DNA of 64,000 nucleotides from the NCBI GenBank assembly GCA_046346795.1, contig JAXMHJ010000019.1, forward strand, positions 1,305-65,304, given 5' to 3'. The number at the start of each line of letters is the position of its first letter. The stretch's first letter is position 1. Below the pieces are notes generated by a model. The model saw nothing but the letters and a program-made list of their open reading frames with translations. It ran no database searches and was not told where the DNA came from. Origin of the DNA: Kiritimatiellia bacterium. GTDB lineage: Bacteria; Verrucomicrobiota; Kiritimatiellia; SS1-B-03-39; UBA6053. Below are positions 46,230 to 54,612 of the stretch, one piece after another. The position numbers and the translations under genes are program-made.

Positions 46230-49200
46230 GGAGGTCCGCCTGGTCGCTCCGGAGGAACTGGCCGCTCCCCCCGCGCTCTCCCTCGCGCTGGGCGGAGGCA
46301 AGCCGGTCGCCATTCCGCTGACGGGCTACGGTCGGTACTGGTCCGGCTTCATGGAAATCCCGGGCGGGGCCGACGGGATCGAGGGCCGCTTCACGTTCTC
46401 CGGGGTCGACCTGGCGGGCAACCCCTCCACGCAGATCGCGAAGGTCCGCTACGAGCACGAGGACGACGGCGAATTTCCCACCCCGCGCCGCACCGCCAGC
46501 TACGCCACCACCGGGGGGCGCTTCACCACTGACACCCGCCCGCCCGAGATGCCCTCCGGCCTGCAGTTGGAGATGCGCAAGCTCGGCGTGGCCGTGATCC
46601 AGTGGAAGGAGCCCGGGGGCGATCCGAACTCCTACAACCTCTACCGGTCGCTCACCCCCATCACGGACACCGCCGGCCTCGTCCCGGTGCGGCGCGACAT
46701 CTACGCCACCGTCATCGTGGACGACCCGCCCGTGGACGGGAACTACTACTACGCGGTGACCTCGGTCGACTTCGCCGGCAACGAAAGCGCGGTCTACGAA
46801 TCGAAAAGCGTCTTCATCGACACCATCAAGCCCGAGTTGAAGATCAAGGCCGCGCCCCTCGGGGACGACTTTGTCATCCTGCTCGACGAGGACGCGCCGG
46901 AAGAGCTTTCCCTCACCCTGCGCTTCCCCGGGCAGCGCGACATCCAGGTCGAGCTGGGCGGGTCCTCCGGCGAGCTGGCCGAATACAAGGTGGTCCGCGG
47001 CCCGAACGGAGAGCGGCGCGTGGTGCTGCCGCAGCAGGTCGGCTTCTTCAACGGGAAGGTGGAGGTCATCGTGCACAGTCCCGACCCCGAGGGGAACCTG
47101 GTCGAGGAGAAGACCGAGCTGGAGATGAAGCAGATCGCGGCGGCCACCGGGGGAACGGTCGGCAGCGCCGACGAGCAGGTGCAGCTCATCATCCCGCCCG
47201 GCCTGCAGCCGGTCATTCCCGAAGGCCCCGGCAAGGGGAAGAGGGTGGGGGGGTATGACAACATCTTCTTCATCAAGTACGCCAACATCCCGAAGGAGAA
47301 GCCCGCCGTCGTCGAGGGGGAAAAGCGCAGGCGCGAGGACGTCGACCCGCTTCCGCCCGGCCTGGAGATCATCGGCGTGCCGTATGTCATCGAGATGAAC
47401 CAGCCCCCCGAGGAGCCGCTGGAGTTGAAGGGCTCGGCCACCCAGGCCGACCTCTCGCAGCTCAAGCCGCTCATGGCCAAGCTGAAGATGAAGGTGCCCG
47501 CGCAGTATTCCGACGCGGTCGAGGATCCCGACTACCTCAAGTCACGCCTGCGCGTCATGCAGTGGGTCCCCGTCTCCGCCAACCAGAAGGCCGGCCGGTG
47601 GGAGCCGGTGCCCGATGTCGAGATCGATCCGAAGACCGACGAGTTCATCGTCCCCGTCAACCGCATCACCACCTACGTGATCATCGCGGAGCGCACCCCG
47701 CCCGCCGTGCGCGAGCTGCAGCCCGGCCGCGACGCGACCATCACCGAATTCCAGCCGGTCATTTCCTGTCTGCTGGTGGACAAGGGCACCGGACTGGCCG
47801 TCGGGGCCGAGAACCGGATCGTGCTCACCCTCGACGGGCGCAAGATTCCCGAAAAGCAGCTCGAGATCTCCCGGGGCGACCCCACCGAGGTTCGCGTCTC
47901 CTTCCGCCCGGCGGAAAAGCTCGCCCCGGGCCGCCACACGGCGGGCATCCGCGCCGAGGACGTGGTCGAGAACGTGGCCGACGTGAAATGGCAGTTCCTG
48001 ATCGACAACAAGCCCCCCGTGCTGCTCGGCACGCGGCCCGGCGAGGGCGAGCGGCTGCCCGTGGCGCGGCCGATGATCCAGGTGAGCGCGTCCGACGAGG
48101 GGGGCGTCAACGCGGCGGCCTGCAGGATCTCGGTCGACGGGGCGGACCTGCCGGCGGCCTCGGTCGGCTTCGACGCCTCCGCCGGGCTGCTCACGGGCTT
48201 CCTCCCCTGGGATCTCGCCAGCGGGCTGCATGAGGCGCGCGTAGAGGTGGTCGACGCCGGCGGGCTGTCGACGGTCAAGACCTGGACGTTCGCGGTGGAC
48301 CTGGAGGCCCCCGTGCTCGCCGCCCGCGTGCCCGAGACCGGGACCCGGGTCGATCCCGCCGACACCCGCATCGCCTTCGTGCTCAGCGACGGACTCGGCC
48401 AGCCCCAGGTGCTCGACTTCCGCATCGACGGGCGGAAGATCCTGCCGGCGCGCTGGCGGCTCGCCCCCGGTTTTTCGTTCGATCCCGCCAAGAACGTCGC
48501 CGCCTTCGCCGCCGGCACGCTGCCCTCGGGCGAGCACGAGATCTCGCTGGTGGTGTCGGACGACCTGGGCAACACGGCGGTGCAAAGCTGGACCTTCAAG
48601 AGCGACGTCCCGGCCGCGCTGGGCGTTCGCGAGCGGGACTTCGCGCCCCCGGCCCTGGTCGTTTCCAACAAGATCAGCCGGTCGGTGGCGGTGTTGCCGG
48701 TGATCCCGCCCGGGAGCGGGGGTTCCCCGGTGCAGCCGCCCGGACCCGGGGCGGACCGACCCGCCGTTTTCACGCCGGTCTCGGAGGCGGATCTCAAGAC
48801 CGCGCAGCGCGTCCGCAAGCTTTTCGCCGATGCCGGGTACGAGGAAGGGCGTGGGAATCTGGAAAAGGCGAGGGCGCTTTTTGCGGAATGCATGTCCGTC
48901 CACTCGAATCAGGTCGTGGCCGCCCGCCTTGCCGCCCTCGAAAGCCGAATGACCTCCGCGGAGCTTAACCCCGGGGCGTCCGCCGCCGAGCCCGGCGAGA
49001 TGGAGCTGCTCAAGGCCCGGCGGGCCCGGGCGGAGGGCGGTTATCTGGAGGCCAAGGGCGACCTGGCCGGCGCCCTCGCCGCGTATGAACAGAGCCTGTC
49101 CTTCGTACCCGACCCGCGGCTGCGCCAGCGGGTGGCCGAACTGCGGAAGAAGCAGGGAACCACGGCCCCGCCAAACCCGCCCGTCGTCGCGCCGCCAGCC

Positions 49201-49374
49201 GTGTCCCCCGACGTCATGCTGGCCGCCCGTCGCGCCCGCGCCGAGGCCGCCTACCTCGAGGTCAAGGGCGAGTACCGCAAGGCCCTGGAGGCCTACGAGA
49301 AGGCGCAGAAGCTCTATTTCGATCCCGCGCTCGTTCCGGTGATGGACAAGGTGCGGAAGAAGATGGAGCCCTGA
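46230..49374 (+). CDS. Intact C-terminal segment of cistron D: Fn3/Ig-like units, SbsA/CopC-like Ig units and three terminal TPR-like helical repeats
   Basis: This is part of ORF 46150..49374; the frame join to the upstream segment is approximately at 46225-46235. Its content includes YYYAVTSVDFAGNESAV, three units of the type P.V..(L/T).P..G.......P.I...(L/A)...G.G(V/L)......I.L.(L/V)DG, and the C-terminal repeats ARRARAEGGYLEAKGDLAGALAAYEQS and ARRARAEAAYLEVKGEYRKALEAYEKA. Confidence 0.75.
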
Positions 49375-49397
49375 CCCTCCCGGGCGCGAAGGCCGGG

Positions 49398-50906
49398 TTA
49401 AAACGCGCCGCGACCGGTCAGCACCACGCGGAACGTGCGCACCATGATCACGATGTCCAGCCAGACCGACCAATTGCGCACGTAGTAGGAATCCCACTTC
49501 ACCAGGCCCTCGTTGCCGGCTTCACTGCGGCCGGAAACCTGCCACATGCCGGTCATCCCCGGCTTCACCCGCTCGCGCAGCCGGCAGACGCGCCCCGGCA
49601 GCATGCCGTGATGGTAGCGGGGCAGGGGGCGCGGGCCGACCAGCGACATCTCGTTGCGCAGGACGTTGACGAGCTGGGGCAGCTCGTCCAGGGAGGTTTT
49701 GCGCAGGAAGTAGCCGATGCGCGTGATCCTCGGATCCTCCCGCATCTTGAATCCCTGTTCCCATTGTTCCCGGAAAAGCGGATCTTCATCGAGCTTCTTC
49801 TGCAGCACCTTTTCGGCATCCACGCTCATCGTGCGGAACTTCAGCATCTTGAAGCCGCGTCCGTTCTGGCCGATCCTCTCCTGACGGAAGAGGGGGCTTT
49901 TCCGGTCCTGCAGCCAGATCAGGGTGGCGATGACGGCCATCAACGGGAGCCAGATGAAAACGGTCAGCAGGCAGAAGGTCATGTCCGCGATGCGTTTGAC
50001 CGACCGGGCCCACAGGTCGAGCAGGTTCGAGGTGACCTCCAGTCCGAGCACGCCGCCCATGTCGCGGGGTTTCACCCAGAGGGACGGCGATTCATCAATA
50101 TCGGGGATCATGACGATGTGCCGGAAATCCGACAGCCGTCCTTCGATGGTTTCCACGATCTGGTGCCGGCTGCGCCCCTGCTGCAGGAACACCGCCACGT
50201 CGGCATAGATGCCTTCCTTGCGCGGATCCGTGATCAGGGGGAGGCCGTCGACCTCGGCCCCGGGGGGAGGAGGCGTCCCGGTGAGGTCATCCACGACCGC
50301 CACGGGAATGTAACCCAGGGACGACTCGTCCCGAAGCGTCCGGACGATGCGCGTGGCGGACCCGGCGTCCCCGTAGATCACCGCGGGCAACCCCCACAGG
50401 TCCAGTCGGATCAGCAGCGCCTTGACGCGGGTCCGGATGAGGGGAAGAAGGAAGATGCTGAAGGAAAGGGCCACAATCAGGGTGAGACGGCTGGCCCCGG
50501 TGCTGGTCTTGGCAAAGAACAGGGACGCGGCGGTCGTGCCGTAGACCCCCAGGAGCAGCATGGTGGTTCTGCGCAGTTCCTCGACCGGTCCCAGCCCCCA
50601 GCCCGGGAGCAGGCGGATGGCCAGGGCGCTCACCATCCACAGCAGGAGGGCAAACCCGATCCAGGGAGGCACGGGCATATCCCCCCTGAGCTGGTTCCGG
50701 ATGTGGGACGCAAGCACCATGGAGAAGGAGAGTCCGGCGATGTCTCCCAGGCCGAAAAGCAGGGCGTTCAGAAACCAGCGGCCCAGAAAGGCCAGATTCC
50801 GGTTGATGCGGTTGAGGACACGGTGATCGGGGGTGCGCTCGTCCCCCGCCCTGGCCGGGCCCGGAGGAAGAAGCGTCAAGCGTGGATCTGAGAGGGGGTT
50901 GTTCAT
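49398..50906 (-). CDS. Polyprenyl glycosylphosphotransferase (bacterial sugar transferase, WbaP/EpsB-like)
   Basis: The Met is at 50906 (MNNPLSDPRL) within ORF 49398..51146. It has N-terminal TM segments and a central Rossmann-like region (LPAVIYGDAGSATRIVRTL). The C-terminal sugar-transferase signature reads KRIADMTFCLL...SPLFRQERIGQNGRGFKMLKFRTM...DELPQLVNVLRNEMSLVGPRP. Confidence 0.85.
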   Translation of the reverse strand: MNNPLSDPRLTLLPPGPARAGDERTPDHRVLNRINRNLAFLGRWFLNALLFGLGDIAGLSFSMVLASHIRNQLRGDMPVPPWIGFALLLWMVSALAIRLLPGWGLGPVEELRRTTMLLLGVYGTTAASLFFAKTSTGASRLTLIVALSFSIFLLPLIRTRVKALLIRLDLWGLPAVIYGDAGSATRIVRTLRDESSLGYIPVAVVDDLTGTPPPPGAEVDGLPLITDPRKEGIYADVAVFLQQGRSRHQIVETIEGRLSDFRHIVMIPDIDESPSLWVKPRDMGGVLGLEVTSNLLDLWARSVKRIADMTFCLLTVFIWLPLMAVIATLIWLQDRKSPLFRQERIGQNGRGFKMLKFRTMSVDAEKVLQKKLDEDPLFREQWEQGFKMREDPRITRIGYFLRKTSLDELPQLVNVLRNEMSLVGPRPLPRYHHGMLPGRVCRLRERVKPGMTGMWQVSGRSEAGNEGLVKWDSYYVRNWSVWLDIVIMVRTFRVVLTGRGAF

Positions 50907-51104
50907 GGAACGGGGATGGGTTTCAAAACGTCCGGCCCGCGGCCGGGCGCAGAAACCCCCGCCAGCATAATCCGGAATCCGTTTTGGATTCAATCCGGAC
51001 TGGAAACTAAATCCACCCGGTCCGATGCCGGGTCGTTGCCGCGGTGTCTTCCCATCATATGTTTCTTTGACTTTGGGATGCGGGCCGAGGCATGATGCAA
51101 CCTT

Positions 51105-52517
51105 ATGAGCAACCCAAAGCCCTCCGCCTCCGGATGGTGGCCGCAACTCGACGGCTACCAGAAAATGGTCTTCCTCGTCGCCACCCTCGCGTGGATGTTC
51201 GACTGCCTCGACCAGCAGCTCTTCAACCTCGCCCGCAACCCCGCCATGAAGCAGTTGCTGGCCGCGGGGGCGGATCCCAAGCTCTATGGTGGTGTGGCCA
51301 CCTCCATCTTCGTCATCGGCTGGCCACCGGCGGCATGATCTTCGGCTCGCTGGGCGACCGCCTGGGCCGCGCCCGGATGCTGGCCATCACCGTCATGCTT
51401 TACCTCCATCGCCACCGGTCTCTCCGCCCCGTCCACGGGGTTCTGGGACTTTGCGGCCCATCGCTTCCTCACCGGCCTCGGCGTCGGCGGGGTGTTCGGT
51501 CTGGCCGTCGCCCTGGTCGCCGACACGCTGCCCGGCCACATCCGGCCGCGCGCGCTCGGCGTGCTGCAATCCTTCTCCGCCGTGGGCAATGTCATGGCCG
51601 CCGGCATCGGGGTCGTCGTCGCCCTGTCCGTGACCAGCCCGGGCTACTGGAAATGGCTCTTCCTCATCGGCGCCGCGCCCGCCCTGCTCACCGCCGTCAT
51701 CCAGATGCGCATGCACGAGCCGGAAAAATGGGTGGCCGCCCGCGACAAGGCCGCGTCCGAGGGCCGTCGCGCCGGCTCCTATCGCGACCTGTTCGGCCAT
51801 CCCACCTGGCGCAGGCACGCCCTGCTGGGCATGCTGCTCTCCTGCGCCGGGGTCGTCGGCCTCTGGGGCCTCGGCGTGTTCTCCACCGACATGGTGAGCG
51901 ACATCATCGCCGGCAGCTTCAAGGCCAGGGGCTTCGCCGCCGCGGAGATCGCCCAGAAAAAGCAGTTCTGGGGTGCCATCAACCTCGGCTGTTTCAATGT
52001 CGGCGCCTTTCTCGGCATGATGGCGTTCACCCGCGTCACCGAAGTGCTCGGACGCCGCAAGACCTTCGCCATCTTCCTGATTGGCGCGCTCGTCTCCACC
52101 GTCTTTGTGTTCCAGAGCCTCAACTCCACCACCGACATCCTGTGGATGTCCCCCATCATGGGCTTCTTCCAGCTCTCCGTGTTCGCCGGCTTCTCCATCT
52201 ACCTGCCCGAACTTTTCCCCACCAGCCTGCGCAGCACCGGCACCTCCTTCTGCTACAACGTCGGCCGCTATCTGGCCGCCACCGGCCCTTTGACCCTCGG
52301 GCTGCTCGCCGCCAGGCTGGCCGGGAAGGCCGAGGCCAGAGCCGTCGCCGACGCGGGGGCCAACGCCGCCGCCGCGGTGCTCGACGCCGTCAAAGCCGCC
52401 GCGAAGATCGACGCCTTCCGCGACGCCGCCTCGTGGATGTGCCTGGTCTTCCTCCTCGGCCTCGTCGTCCTGCCCTTCCTGCCGGAAACCAAGGGCCGGC
52501 CGCTGCCCGAGGATTGA
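51105..52517 (+). pseudogene. MFS transporter interrupted by a -1/+1 indel pair
   Basis: The N-terminus is in ORF 51105..51338. The conserved MFS loop GGMIFGSLGDRLGRARML is only readable in the frame of ORF 51092. The remainder is in the frame of ORF 51492..52517 from about 51405. The breaks are near 51318 (tggcc where tgggcc is expected) and 51404 (tacctcc). Confidence 0.75.
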
Positions 52518-52573
52518 GGAGCCCCAACTTGGGGTTTGCACCCGCCGCAAACGGGCGGTAGGCTGGCGTCACC

Positions 52574-52828
52574 ATGACGCAACCCGCCCCCCCCGTTGAT
52601 CCGCGCCCGCCGTACTCCAAACCCGGGCTTGTCCTCTTCGCCGTCTACCTCGCCCTCTACGGCGGGTTCATCTACCTGTGCGCCTTCCGGCTCGACTGGA
52701 TGAAACGCCCCGGCCTCGGCGGGGTCAACCACGCCACCTGGTACGGCTTCTCGCTCATCGTCGCGGCCTTTGTCATGGCCCTGCTGTACATGTTCCTCTC
52801 GCGCAAGGAAGCGGAGGCCCGCCCGTGA
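52574..52828 (+). CDS. DUF485 small inner-membrane protein (YjcH-like)
   Basis: 84 aa with two hydrophobic helices. It lies immediately upstream of, and overlaps, an ActP-type symporter, which is the canonical arrangement. Confidence 0.75.
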   Translation: MTQPAPPVDPRPPYSKPGLVLFAVYLALYGGFIYLCAFRLDWMKRPGLGGVNHATWYGFSLIVAAFVMALLYMFLSRKEAEARP

Positions 52829-54594
52829 TCTACGACGCCTCCTCCACCGCCATCTTCATCTTCATCGCCTTCGTCATCGGCGTGCTCGCGCTGTCGTTCT
52901 GGCTCGGCCGCAAGGCCAGAAGCGCCCAGGGCTACTTCGCCGCCCACGGACAGGTCGGCTGGTTCGTCAACGGCATCGCCTTCGCCGGCGATTACCTCTC
53001 CGCCGCCTCGTTCCTCGGCATCTGCGGCATGATCGCCTTCTACGGCTACGACGGGTTCCTCTACTCCATCGGCTACCTCGCCGGCTGGGTCGTCGCCCTT
53101 TTCGTCATCGCCGAACCGATCAAGAAACTGGGCAAGTTCACCTTCGCCGACGCCCTCGACAGCCGCTTCCAGAGCCGCGGCATCAAGCTCGCCGCCGCCA
53201 CCAGCACCCTCGTGGTCAGCGTGTTCTACCTCATCCCCCAGATGGTCGGCGCCGGCGCCCTCATCAAGCCGCTGCTCGGCTTCTCCTTCGCCTCCGGGGT
53301 CGTGCTGGTCGGCGTCATCGTCACCGTCATCGTCGTTACCGCCGGCATGGTCAGCACCACCTGGGTGCAGTTCATCAAGGGCTCGCTGCTGGTCGTCTTC
53401 TGCGTGCTGCTCACCCACATGATCCTCGCCCGCGGCCTGTCGGTCACCCCGCGCGACACCGCCCTGAAGGCCCAGACGGTCGAGAAGACGAAGGACGGCC
53501 GCACCCTGGTCAACGGCGGGGCGCAGACCCGCGGGACCGCCCCGGATTTCGCCGACCGCCGCGATCTCCGCCCCGTCGGCCATGTCACCGCGCTGCCCGG
53601 GGGCGTGGAAAAGACCGGTCCGCTCGGTCCCTTCGAGTTCATCGCCACCCTCTCCAGGTCCACCGTGGCCGTCTACGGCAAGAAGACCGAAAAAACGGCG
53701 GAGGGCGGCACCCTGACCACCTACACGCCGCGCGAGGTGTCCGGCGACGAGATCCTCGTGCCCGGCGGCACCCCGACCTTCAAGGGCGTGCGCTCCGAAA
53801 AGCTGAGCGACAAGCTCGACTTCCTCTCCCTCATGCTCGCCCTCTTCTGCGGCACCGCCTCGCTCCCGCACATCCTCATCCGCTACTACACCGTCAGGGA
53901 CGCCGCCAGCGCCCGCAAGAGCACCGTCGTGGGCATCGGCGCCATCGGCTTCTTCTACACCCTCACCCTGTTCATCGGCCTGGGCGCGATGACCAGCGGG
54001 GGGCTCGACGTCACCAACAACAACATGTCCGCGCCCCTGCTGGCCCGCTCCTTCGGCGAAACCCTGTTCGCCCTGGTCAGCGCCATCGCCTTCACCACCG
54101 TGCTCGGTACGGTGAGCGGACTGATCCTCGCCGCCAGCGGCGCGGTCGCGCACGACCTGATGGAAAGCGTCATGGGGATCAAGCTGACCGACCGCGGCAA
54201 GGTGCTCTCCGCCAAGGTCGCGGCCGTGGTCGTCAGCGCCGTCGCCATCGTGCTGGGCATCCAGTTCGAAAAGCTCAACGTCACCTTCCTCGTCGGCTGG
54301 GCCTTCAACGTCGCCGCCAGCGCCAACCTCCCCGCGCTCGTCATGCTCCTCTTCTGGCGCGGCACCACCAAGCGCGGCATCGCCGCGTCCATCGTCGTCG
54401 GCCTGGTCAGCTCCATGGGCTGGCTCGCCTTCACCTCCCCGGCGTACGAGTTCGTCTACGGCCTCGACCCCGCCGCCGCCCCCGCGCCTTTCAGCCAGCC
54501 CGCCCTCCTGACCGTCCCGCTCTCCTTCCTGACGCTGGTGGTGGTGTCGCTGATGAGCGGGCCGCGCCCCCTCGCGCCGCCGGCGTCCGTTTGA
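52825..54594 (+). CDS. actP: Cation/acetate symporter (solute:sodium symporter family, ActP-like)
   Basis: The GTG at 52825 overlaps the DUF485 stop (GTGA). The N-terminus reads IFIFIAFVIGVLALSFWLGRKARSAQGYFAAHGQVGWFVNGIAFAGDYLSAASFLG. Later motifs are LPHILIRYYT and FAWGFNVAAS-like segments typical of ActP. Confidence 0.8.
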   Translation: MIYDASSTAIFIFIAFVIGVLALSFWLGRKARSAQGYFAAHGQVGWFVNGIAFAGDYLSAASFLGICGMIAFYGYDGFLYSIGYLAGWVVALFVIAEPIKKLGKFTFADALDSRFQSRGIKLAAATSTLVVSVFYLIPQMVGAGALIKPLLGFSFASGVVLVGVIVTVIVVTAGMVSTTWVQFIKGSLLVVFCVLLTHMILARGLSVTPRDTALKAQTVEKTKDGRTLVNGGAQTRGTAPDFADRRDLRPVGHVTALPGGVEKTGPLGPFEFIATLSRSTVAVYGKKTEKTAEGGTLTTYTPREVSGDEILVPGGTPTFKGVRSEKLSDKLDFLSLMLALFCGTASLPHILIRYYTVRDAASARKSTVVGIGAIGFFYTLTLFIGLGAMTSGGLDVTNNNMSAPLLARSFGETLFALVSAIAFTTVLGTVSGLILAASGAVAHDLMESVMGIKLTDRGKVLSAKVAAVVVSAVAIVLGIQFEKLNVTFLVGWAFNVAASANLPALVMLLFWRGTTKRGIAASIVVGLVSSMGWLAFTSPAYEFVYGLDPAAAPAPFSQPALLTVPLSFLTLVVVSLMSGPRPLAPPASV

Positions 54595-54612
54595 CCGGCG
54601 GTCTGGCGGACC

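Larger units (their letters stand above)
32140..49374 (+). pseudogene. Giant (~5.7-kilocodon) multidomain surface-protein reading unit (cistron D), readable only through about 35-40 frame changes (hand-counted approximation)
   Basis: The GTG at 32140 overlaps the stop of C (GTGA). There is a signal-like segment (RVVFRRARRAAPACLAVLLLDGAPAG). Protein-like sequence continues without a gap to the stop at 49374, but it hops between frames. It is intact at about 35706-40180, 40595-42035, 44572-46060 and 46230-49374. It is heavily broken at 32140-35705 and 42036-44571. The unit could instead be several genes or an error-laden assembly, so the pseudogene type is provisional. Confidence 0.55.

Noticed and set aside
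32140-49374. Programmed ribosomal frameshifting as the explanation for the frame changes in cistron D.
   Set aside because: There are far too many events (tens). I could see no recurring slippery heptamer or downstream structure at the junctions. Both +1 and -1 directions occur. Similar breaks are found in unrelated genes (MFS, DUF4143, the lipoprotein). Indel errors or pseudogenisation are more economical explanations.
51040-51104. A possible sigma-70 promoter (TTGACT-N18-CATGAT) just upstream of the MFS start, implying a leaderless mRNA.
   Set aside because: It is a single weak match with non-optimal spacing in an organism whose promoter consensus I do not know. It cannot be supported from sequence alone.
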